From assembly GCA_963643715.1 (NCBI GenBank), contig CAVILQ010000005.1, positions 6,518 to 70,517 on the forward strand: a DNA stretch of 64,000 bases. Reading direction: 5' to 3'. This document shows positions 40,301 to 48,769 of the stretch, in pieces. Within the stretch, counting starts at the first letter, position 1, and each line of letters begins with the position of its first letter. The notes under the pieces are model-generated. The model had not been told where the DNA came from. It saw only the letters and a list, made by a program, of their open reading frames with translations, and ran no database searches. A program made the position numbers and the translations under genes. The DNA comes from a bacterium. Its GTDB lineage: Bacteria > Bacillota_I > Bacilli_A > RFN20 > CAG-288.

Positions 40301-41288
40301 CGGAAATTACTCTATCACCTATACACTTGCCTTTGTCGAAGATGAGAATGAGGAGTCTGTCTTCCTAGACGGAAAGAAGTCGATCACTTTGACAGAAACG
40401 TTTGAGGTTCACTCTCTCGATGAAGAGATTGTATTGAAGTATAAGACGGATGCTACGCATCCATTCAGAAACGACCTTCCGAATGTGGAGGTCTTATCCA
40501 ACGGAGATCAAGTCTATACGACAACAATCAAGCAGAGCGAAGAGAACAAGTCATTGGATTCTTCCTATTTTGAGAAGAGTACAGATAACCTTTATCGTTG
40601 GGGATATAGCAAGAAGAGTGGCGCTCTTGTTGACTATCTCAATCCTGGTCAGGTAGTCTCCAATATCGGTGCAAAGCTCAATACGACAACGCCGATGCTC
40701 ACTGCTATCTGGGATCAGGGGCTGACTGTCACTGCAAAATACACAGTCAACGGAGTGACAAAGACCATTGCAACAAAGACGTATTACAAATCGAATGGGA
40801 AGTATACCTTCTCCTTAGGAGACTTCGTATTCCCACTCGATGATGGTTATTACTTCATCGGATGGAAATCGGACAAGAAAGTGTTCTATGAGTCAGTAGG
40901 ATCAGACAAGGTTTATTCCTATGAGACAAGCTATACGAATAACATGTCCTTTGAATTTAATGAATCCATTGTGATTGAAGCCATCATCAAAGAGCCAGTC
41001 ACTGTCAAATTCTATACTTATACATCGGATGGCACAGATGAGAATGTAGACTTCGATGCGCTGACAAAAATGCCTTTATCCATCAAGCCGTTAACAGAAG
41101 ATGAAACTCTGAAGGATGGACTTACCTCTGCTCAGCTGAATTACTTGAAGAAACAAGAAAAAGACGGATTCAAATACTGGGCCGTGTATGTCAATGGAAA
41201 CTTGATCAAAATCGATAATCTAGAAGAATTCAAACTATCCAAATCCTATCTGTACAATGGACAGATCAACGTTGTTGCCGTATTCTAA
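37344..41288 (+). CDS. 1314-aa surface lipoprotein with Flg_new repeats at both ends
   Basis: The lipobox is LSACSS. Flg_new signatures YRFSGWYFDEAYTEAY and YYFIGWKSDKKVFY are present. Confidence 0.55.
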   Translation: MKRLTFSKRFLLLFTLTMGACSLSACSSSVTDPIDLIIEKYGDKEFKISFSSYNLDEPLSDIIYTANNIPKLPTPTKVGYRFSGWYFDEAYTEAYSKESLYMKMKNITLYAKWEKEGFINNGIYEIDFEANILDNTINKGKLADTYGYLKFPDLIVKDETYIEKNTNGLFLRIQYDMKYHCPTIDDEGNLGTLTVKVSDNNSRISETESIIDRTGTIETIYYDFSDCNVSDSIYLNVEFYNWNAKLDNESDRVYTKVGYTVEFKIKKFIGYTTSYVNSEDQLSDGYYLVKTHYASLNKASSMLDAFNPVYSYIYAKNGHYQLIKPMNVYNSDIIGDMSKEDYNHVKTGYARDFAYFRFDQSIVASDEDVEDNFGSIDWAEFFDAQEFGDLTYEFDKNTGKYYYVFDLGNKANVDLILIGASTGAMTEMFNMGPTYKRLVIDYSSMIKVSDIDYVPLSGASFSYSSTQAFYLYTDFASLKGNTIYEAEQTYGMSNNLVNVFYGSNDGNRISDLYSTKVTIRPITTKNIQENKGNIFTFEVISECFGYDPSTAKAPLYSDEIEWQTFSNYSQRVTKRIELGYEAKENENIDIYSLYRNKVDDTLLDKKLSYTAYELKTNGEVDYSKTVDINLSENNTFRFSKNIALYLQGEFSGKIKSALISIVGKEDPDITIIDNYEYEDEEYDITWTYDATTDNYVSSKPYLKGDKAHIPEIRYTSYGNEYTSLDAYDSQSDSYHMNQERISIYDYSNNNYNKVSYDYVVWGDSMFDMTGDTMFVVYQLVDRYGYSKNITLAYKGEEKGTYQITRNGEVVSSGVQYYQADGTRRDITVYDKNPIPFTSADDAINAEYTLKIGQDEYPFAIKQFSVYTKESTTVGNTSTELSDAISHSNYALIYFEYQHNEDIYTVYYVYNIKLNGKNFSDYSILNNKEFFTNTQYKFENIISMDSNGINLSTSYPEFKKYANGYYTAISASDMTNANNISFTFLTSGNYSITYTLAFVEDENEESVFLDGKKSITLTETFEVHSLDEEIVLKYKTDATHPFRNDLPNVEVLSNGDQVYTTTIKQSEENKSLDSSYFEKSTDNLYRWGYSKKSGALVDYLNPGQVVSNIGAKLNTTTPMLTAIWDQGLTVTAKYTVNGVTKTIATKTYYKSNGKYTFSLGDFVFPLDDGYYFIGWKSDKKVFYESVGSDKVYSYETSYTNNMSFEFNESIVIEAIIKEPVTVKFYTYTSDGTDENVDFDALTKMPLSIKPLTEDETLKDGLTSAQLNYLKKQEKDGFKYWAVYVNGNLIKIDNLEEFKLSKSYLYNGQINVVAVF

Positions 41289-41303
41289 AAAGGGGAAATT
41301 CAT

Positions 41304-42548
41304 ATGAAAATGTTATTTTTAGCTTTATCTTTGATTTTTCCTCTTACAAATGTAAAAGAGGCCAATATAGATACTGCCTTACAGGATTACAAAGTCTATG
41401 ATACAACCTATGAGATCGGAGGAACGAATCAAATCGGCCAGCAGATGATTTCGAAATACTTTGATAGCAATGTCCAAGTATTCAAGGAGAATGATCTGTA
41501 CTATCTTTCCGTTACTTTACTAAACAACCAGGCACTCTCTGATTTGAAAATCAGTGTATCTGATTTGAAAAGTGGCATCTTAGAAGAGATAAACGGAAAG
41601 AAGACAACCTATACTATCACGTTGTCCTATGATGATCTCAAGAATGACATCTCCTTATCCGGAAATGTCAGTAAGATGTCGATGGATGTATCCTTCACAA
41701 TCAGACCGAATCTAGAGTCGTTGAAAGAGACAGAAGACACTGTATCTTATGAAAAAGAGTTTCCGGCTCGCTTTGTTCCGGAACTAACAATCGATGGCGT
41801 TGGAGATGTAGAAACAAGTCTAAACTCCTACTATAAGATTCCAAAAGCGAAAGCCACATTTGATGGTCGTGATTTAGATGTGAATGTCATCGTCACCTCT
41901 CCGAGCGGAGAAACTGTAGATGTGAAAGAGGATAAAATCAGTGTCACAGAATTAGGAGACTATACGATTGATTTCATCGCTTCTACCGATGAATATAAGA
42001 CCAACCTTGGAAATGACTCCTATGCCAAAAAAACCATCAGACTGACTAGTAATGCGACTTCTAGCAGCATGGTCAAGGTTGATGATATTCATGATATCCT
42101 TCCGGAGGGGTATATTGTTCAGTGCCAACGCATTGAATCAGGAACAACCTATGATAAAGTGAGTTCACTGCTTGCTGCTATCTCTGAGAATTATGAGATT
42201 ACAAATATCACGATGATGGATTCCACTGGTGAGGAAATCATCTTGAGCGATACGATACAGTGCTATATTGAGACCAATCCCAATTATGATAGAAACAAAG
42301 TGAAAGTTTATCATGTGGAAGAGGATAAATTAGAAGAGGTTTCCTCTTCTGGATATGGAAGATATGTCAAATTTGAAAGCAAGAAAATGGGCACCTATGT
42401 TGTATTGATTGAAGGCATTCAATCAAAAACGAACCTTCCTTTGATCATTTCCCTTACTGTCATCGGTATTGTTCTTGTAGTTGCTCTTGTCGTATTCCTT
42501 GTTATATTCTTTCTTAAAAAGAGAAAGAAAAATCAAACTGCAAATTGA
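41304..42548 (+). CDS. secreted protein with a C-terminal TM anchor
   Basis: It has an N-terminal signal peptide and a C-terminal TM helix followed by KKRKK. It is the last gene of the cluster. Confidence 0.5.
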   Translation: MKMLFLALSLIFPLTNVKEANIDTALQDYKVYDTTYEIGGTNQIGQQMISKYFDSNVQVFKENDLYYLSVTLLNNQALSDLKISVSDLKSGILEEINGKKTTYTITLSYDDLKNDISLSGNVSKMSMDVSFTIRPNLESLKETEDTVSYEKEFPARFVPELTIDGVGDVETSLNSYYKIPKAKATFDGRDLDVNVIVTSPSGETVDVKEDKISVTELGDYTIDFIASTDEYKTNLGNDSYAKKTIRLTSNATSSSMVKVDDIHDILPEGYIVQCQRIESGTTYDKVSSLLAAISENYEITNITMMDSTGEEIILSDTIQCYIETNPNYDRNKVKVYHVEEDKLEEVSSSGYGRYVKFESKKMGTYVVLIEGIQSKTNLPLIISLTVIGIVLVVALVVFLVIFFLKKRKKNQTAN

Positions 42549-42641
42549 ATGCGTAATGATTTATAGCTTTCTTTTTCTTTTTCTTCTAGTTTTTTAAATG
42601 ATAAACAACTTTGAATTATTAGAATATGATTTTTTAAAATT

Positions 42642-43451
42642 CTACTCAAAAAGTGATTGCGACTGGAATTTCATTTTTGCGTCATCAATCATAGTGATGA
42701 ATTCATCTCTCCACGGATAGTTGACCATGAACTGAGCGCTATCGAAGGACTCTAGCTTTCCGTTTAGACATTCCCAGTAGTCACATTTTATGTTGATGTT
42801 GGAAATGGAGGACTTTGCCTTTTCAAAGATGACTAAGTCTCCTAATTCGTTGTCTTTTAATGTCTTTCTTAAACGCCAGACTGCATCACGATAGAGTTTC
42901 TTTGCTAATTCGACATCTTTGTCTGGCCAGAGATGAGCTATTGCATCATTCATGGTCAATGTCGAGCCGTGATAGGCGGTTAGTAAGGCAAGGAGTTCTT
43001 TTGCCTTAGTGGAACTGAAACTGATTAGTCTTCCGTTTAAGAATAAATCAAAAGGACCAGCACATTTCAATTCAATCAGTCTATCTTCCTGATAGGCGAT
43101 GCTGCTGATAAAGGCATTTAGCTTTTCTGAATCAAATGGCTTGTAGCAGAAACCTAAAAGGTTACTTCCTAATCTTTTCTTGATTTCCTCTTCATCGTAG
43201 GTGAAGCCAGTGATGAAGACAATCTTGATGTTGGGATTAATCTGTATCAGCTTCTCAGCTAAATCGACACCATTGATGATGGGCATTCGGATATCTAAGA
43301 AGGCAGCGTTGACAACATGTTTTTCGCAGTATGATACGGCATCAAGTGGATTCTCAAGGAAGAACTTATATTCGATTTGACTCTTGTTGATGATCTGAAG
43401 CAAAAAGTTGCTCAAGGATTCCATTTCATCGTCGACAGCTATGATTTTCAT
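42642..43451 (-). CDS. response regulator with a CheY-like receiver and a winged-helix (OmpR/SARP-like) DNA-binding domain
   Basis: The receiver sequence reads MKIIAVDDE...FLDIRMP. The C-terminal region reads GRLISFSSTKAKELLALL...HLWPD. Confidence 0.6.
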   Translation of the reverse strand: MKIIAVDDEMESLSNFLLQIINKSQIEYKFFLENPLDAVSYCEKHVVNAAFLDIRMPIINGVDLAEKLIQINPNIKIVFITGFTYDEEEIKKRLGSNLLGFCYKPFDSEKLNAFISSIAYQEDRLIELKCAGPFDLFLNGRLISFSSTKAKELLALLTAYHGSTLTMNDAIAHLWPDKDVELAKKLYRDAVWRLRKTLKDNELGDLVIFEKAKSSISNINIKCDYWECLNGKLESFDSAQFMVNYPWRDEFITMIDDAKMKFQSQSLFE

Positions 43452-43452
43452 T

Positions 43453-45315
43453 TTACGACCTCCTTTTATTCTTAGGCATTACGATAGTGATAATAGTATT
43501 GTTATTGTCCATGCTGAAAATGACTTTTCCTTTTACTGTTAGGAATATCCTTTGGATGAGATCTTGTATTCCCTTTTCCGTTTGATCAATTTCATAGGAA
43601 CTTCTATGATCAATCAATTGTACAACAATCTCGCTTTTGTTTTCCACTGCCGAGAGCTCTATGGCATTGTTTTCCTCACTGATTCTTGTAAAGGAGTGAG
43701 CTAAAAAACGATTGACAAATGGCACCAAGGTAATCGGGGGAATCATGAATTCATAGGTGTCGATATTCAGAATAAGTGGCAAAGAGATATTCTCTCTTAA
43801 GTTGTGGAAATCCATGTAACACATTAGATTGTCGGCTTCCTCACTGAAGGTTACAATCGTTTTATCAATAGTGAGAATACTGTAGCGGAGAGAATCACTA
43901 AAGAAGGATAAGGAAGCGTCTCCTTTATCGACATCTCTATGATAGGTGTCCTCAATAATGGATAAAGCATTGAAGATAAAATTAGGATTGATCTGATTTC
44001 TTAAAGCAAGTGCTTTGAGGTTGTCCTGGTTCTCTAAGAGTCCTTTCTCTTTCTTCGCTTCTCTTCTGAAACTCAGTACTCGGATAAAGAAGACGATGTA
44101 GAAGAGAATACTTCCGATGAAGATGCTTGTTGAGAGAATGTTGCTTAGAGGGAGATAGAAGAGGTTAGCGTCATCACTAGCGGCTAAGAAGATGACACCG
44201 ATTAAAACGGCGAACATGACAACATACATGTTTTCTACTAGAGTGTGATAACTCTTATAGAAGATATGGAAGAAGTATATCGAATAAGCTAAGACAAACA
44301 GCATGAAGAAAAGGATGAAGACGCTGCTGTAGATGAATAGCGATCGGCAGAAAATGAATATTACGGCAAAAGATAAAAGAATCGGAGTTTCATATCGATG
44401 CCGGATCAGTTTTTTGTTGTAAAGGACATAAAGAGATCCGGCGAGAATGAATAGGCCTAAGGCAATGACTGAGATGGTTTTATACACCATATAGGAGATA
44501 GGAATGTTCAAAGCCGCGAAGAAGAATAGGCCATCTCCTGAAAAGATCCAATAAATGAAAAGGAATGATGCGGACGCGAAGATGTGTAGTGTCTTTTTGA
44601 ATCCGGCCTGAAGAAAACGGGTGATTATCAAAAGGGCAAAACATTCTATCATGATGCCAAGCAGGATGAACTGAGAAAACTGTTTTCCTTTCTTTGAAAC
44701 GGTAGCATATTTACTGGAGATGAGTTTTGGACCTTTTTTGATTCCACCGTGTCCGGTGTTTCCAGCCTCAATCGTCACCGTCATTTCTCCTTTTTTCGCT
44801 AGGTAAGAACCCTTCTGGACATAATGGATGTCTCCCTTGTCTTCTTCTCTTGTCCTTCCGGGCTCTCCAATCTGACCGACAAGCACATTATCAAAATAAA
44901 TACGGCAGGACGAATAGAAGTAGTCATAATCTGCAATCAGACTGGTTCCAATGGGGATATTGATGACTTTGAAACGATACGTGGCGTATCCTTCTTTTGG
45001 TATTGGTCCATTGTCGGTCTCCAATTTGGTCCAGAAATTTGGAAGATTAAGATATCCGTCTGCTTTTGCATCATTTTCTTCATCGGTGATCAGCCATTTG
45101 TTGTAATAGAATTCAGTGCTCCCGGAAATTGTAATTCCTTTATCAAGAACGCTTAGGTCGCTATAGTTGAAATCCATGATGCCATCTTTAAGAATGAACT
45201 GTGAACTGGATTTATAGTACCCATCAAAAAGCGCGGTGATGAAAGTAGGAAGAATAATGAGGAGGAAAGAAAGAAGAATAAAGAGGATATTCACACACTT
45301 TTCTTTTCTTGTCAT
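43453..45315 (-). CDS. LytS/YehU-family sensor histidine kinase with a 7TMR-DISM-type extracellular and 7TM sensor region
   Basis: An N-terminal TM is followed by an extracellular beta-rich domain and then about 7 TM helices. The His-kinase motif NPNFIFNALSII is present. A C-terminal GHKL ATPase domain follows. Confidence 0.65.
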   Translation of the reverse strand: MTRKEKCVNILFILLSFLLIILPTFITALFDGYYKSSSQFILKDGIMDFNYSDLSVLDKGITISGSTEFYYNKWLITDEENDAKADGYLNLPNFWTKLETDNGPIPKEGYATYRFKVINIPIGTSLIADYDYFYSSCRIYFDNVLVGQIGEPGRTREEDKGDIHYVQKGSYLAKKGEMTVTIEAGNTGHGGIKKGPKLISSKYATVSKKGKQFSQFILLGIMIECFALLIITRFLQAGFKKTLHIFASASFLFIYWIFSGDGLFFFAALNIPISYMVYKTISVIALGLFILAGSLYVLYNKKLIRHRYETPILLSFAVIFIFCRSLFIYSSVFILFFMLFVLAYSIYFFHIFYKSYHTLVENMYVVMFAVLIGVIFLAASDDANLFYLPLSNILSTSIFIGSILFYIVFFIRVLSFRREAKKEKGLLENQDNLKALALRNQINPNFIFNALSIIEDTYHRDVDKGDASLSFFSDSLRYSILTIDKTIVTFSEEADNLMCYMDFHNLRENISLPLILNIDTYEFMIPPITLVPFVNRFLAHSFTRISEENNAIELSAVENKSEIVVQLIDHRSSYEIDQTEKGIQDLIQRIFLTVKGKVIFSMDNNNTIITIVMPKNKRRS

Positions 45316-47192
45316 AAGTTATCCTCGCTTCGATGTGCGAAGACGATTGTTGTCTTCGTTCCGTTTCCAAGACTGCTTTCGATCTTGATCTTGGCGTTGA
45401 GATGATAAGTGAGTCTTTCAATCAGATTTTTTTGTCCAATGGATGCCTTGCCCACTTTTGTTGTATCATACCCACAGCCATTGTCATTTACGATGATGAT
45501 GACATTTCCGTCCTCATAAGTTGAGGAAATGGAAATGAATCCGTTCGTTTTCTCATTGACATGAGAGTAATTGACGGAGTTTTCGACAAGAGGCTCTAAG
45601 GTCAATGGTGGAACATTAAAGTCGACATAATCCAAATCAAGAATAAGATTGAATGGTTTCTCATAGCATCTGTTCTCCAATTCGATATATTTCGTGATTG
45701 TCTCAATTTCTCTTTCGAAAGGAATCATGCTTTCTTTCATATTCTTGACGGACTCTCTGAAATTATCTGAGAACATCGCCATCATCTCGTCTCCCTGCTC
45801 TAAATCCTTGTGATAGAAATGCCTTATGACTGATAAGGTATTGAAAAGATAATGCGGTTGAATCTGCCGCTTGAGGGTATTGTCTCGTATTGTCTTTTGC
45901 TCTTTGTAAAGCCTGTTGTAGTTTTGGATGGATTTGATGTGCTTTATCAGAACGGTAATGAAATAGGCAATGAATAAGGTGGATCGTATTGCAGTGAATG
46001 ATGAGAAGACACCCTTGGTGTCATAACCTAATTTTGACCTGGAATAGGGCGTTTCAAAGACCAAATCGCCAATAGTAAATGCGATAGTAGCAAAATTCAG
46101 ATAGGAAAGCCTTGTCTGCTTTCCGGTGAGGAAGTAATAGAAATAAACAAAGAAGGAGATGAGTATCGTCCAGTAATACATATAGAACTGTTCTGTGTCA
46201 AAGAGAGCGAACATCGTAAACACTGTTGTCAGAAACACTATAGAATTGACGAATACAGTCTTTCGATTCAGTCGATTGCTGATCTTTGCCTCGGATAGTG
46301 TGATGCCATAGATGTATAGCGATGTCATGATACGATTCAGATATCGGAAGAGGAAGAAGTTGGGATAAATGGAAAAACGGTTGAAAACCATTAGGCCGTC
46401 CGTAGAGAATACCATTCCTAAGAATAGAATACAGGTAAGAAGAAAAATGAAGATATTGGTCACGTTCTTGATATCGCTGAGCAAGAAGACGAGCGAAGTC
46501 AATAATGAAGCAAACAGAATCCCGAAACAGAAGAAGATGACAGCCTCGAAGAAAGAGGACCAACGGGACGTGCTTAGGGAAGTAGTGACATTCGGAATCA
46601 TCTTCAATCCGCCGTGCCCTGAGTTTCCAACTTCTATTGTCATGACAATAGTGTCTCCTGTGGTTTTAAAGTAGGATTTAGAACAATTGTTTCCGGTTAT
46701 ATCATTGTATTCGTTGCTTTTTGATAAATTTCCATATTCGAATACCAACTGGTCATTGAAGTAGATTCTTAAACTGTTTCCATAGTCTTGTTTTGCTATG
46801 GAGAGCCATTGGTCTTTTTGCATGTTGACTAGGGTGATCTGAAAACTTGCATATCCATAGGAGGTCAGTTTTTCTTCTTCTCCATCCCTAGTGATGGATT
46901 TTCCGGCCCAGGTGTTAGGAAGACTGATTGTTCCGTCAGAGATAGGATCTTCAATTCCGTCTGTCTTTATCCACTGATTGTAATAGAACTCATATTCTCC
47001 GTAGGGATAGATGACCCCATTTGAAGTGGTACGCTCAGAGAAATCCATTTGTGTCCCGACTGATGGAATGCTGTTTTTGATGTTTGCGACTTTGACAACA
47101 ATCCATGTCAAAGCAATCTGGCTGATGATGGAAATCAGTATGATGACAACTGTCTTGATCTTTGGATTTTTCTCTTCGTTTCTTTTCATCAA
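45312..47192 (-). CDS. second, paralogous LytS/YehU-family 7TMR-DISM sensor histidine kinase
   Basis: It has the same architecture. The His-kinase motif is QPHYLFNTLSVI, and a GHKL C-terminus (NDNGCGYD) follows. It overlaps the downstream kinase by 4 nt. Confidence 0.65.
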   Translation of the reverse strand: MMKRNEEKNPKIKTVVIILISIISQIALTWIVVKVANIKNSIPSVGTQMDFSERTTSNGVIYPYGEYEFYYNQWIKTDGIEDPISDGTISLPNTWAGKSITRDGEEEKLTSYGYASFQITLVNMQKDQWLSIAKQDYGNSLRIYFNDQLVFEYGNLSKSNEYNDITGNNCSKSYFKTTGDTIVMTIEVGNSGHGGLKMIPNVTTSLSTSRWSSFFEAVIFFCFGILFASLLTSLVFLLSDIKNVTNIFIFLLTCILFLGMVFSTDGLMVFNRFSIYPNFFLFRYLNRIMTSLYIYGITLSEAKISNRLNRKTVFVNSIVFLTTVFTMFALFDTEQFYMYYWTILISFFVYFYYFLTGKQTRLSYLNFATIAFTIGDLVFETPYSRSKLGYDTKGVFSSFTAIRSTLFIAYFITVLIKHIKSIQNYNRLYKEQKTIRDNTLKRQIQPHYLFNTLSVIRHFYHKDLEQGDEMMAMFSDNFRESVKNMKESMIPFEREIETITKYIELENRCYEKPFNLILDLDYVDFNVPPLTLEPLVENSVNYSHVNEKTNGFISISSTYEDGNVIIIVNDNGCGYDTTKVGKASIGQKNLIERLTYHLNAKIKIESSLGNGTKTTIVFAHRSEDNL

Positions 47193-47272
47193 TTGTTATT
47201 TTATCAAATCGGAATATACATCTGATGAAATTTATTTTTCTTCTATTCCTCGTCTTGTTTTCCCTTTCGAAA

Positions 47273-47290
47273 TCTATTGTTAACAATAGA
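47273..47290. promoter_or_regulatory. perfect 18-bp palindrome TCTATTGTTAACAATAGA about 50 bp upstream of eno. It is a candidate operator.
   Basis: The perfect dyad sits in the divergent intergenic region between kinase 2 and eno. Confidence 0.3.
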
Positions 47291-47315
47291 ATGAATTTTT
47301 GATAAAATAATCTAG

Positions 47316-48638
<1,323 letters not shown>

Positions 48639-48655
48639 TTCATCCTACTCTCGAT

Positions 48656-48684
48656 AGAGGGGTCCTTCGGGGCCCCTCTTTTCT
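48656..48684 (+). terminator. Rho-independent terminator after eno
   Basis: The sequence is AGAGGGGTCC-TTCG-GGGCCCCTCT followed by TTTT. Confidence 0.8.
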
Positions 48685-48732
48685 GTTCGAAATCATTTCA
48701 CTTGCCTTTATTATCTTTTTCGTATAATATCA

Positions 48733-48751
48733 ATACACCCCTAGGGGGTAT
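48733..48751. promoter_or_regulatory. CsoR operator (ATACACCCCTAGGGGGTAT) overlapping the promoter of copA. The -10 element TATAAT lies at 48723-48728.
   Basis: A GC-rich pseudo-palindrome of TACCC-N-GGGTA type matches Firmicute CsoR boxes. It sits 20 bp before the copA start. Confidence 0.65.
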
Positions 48752-48769
48752 AGTTTAGGAGAATCCTTT

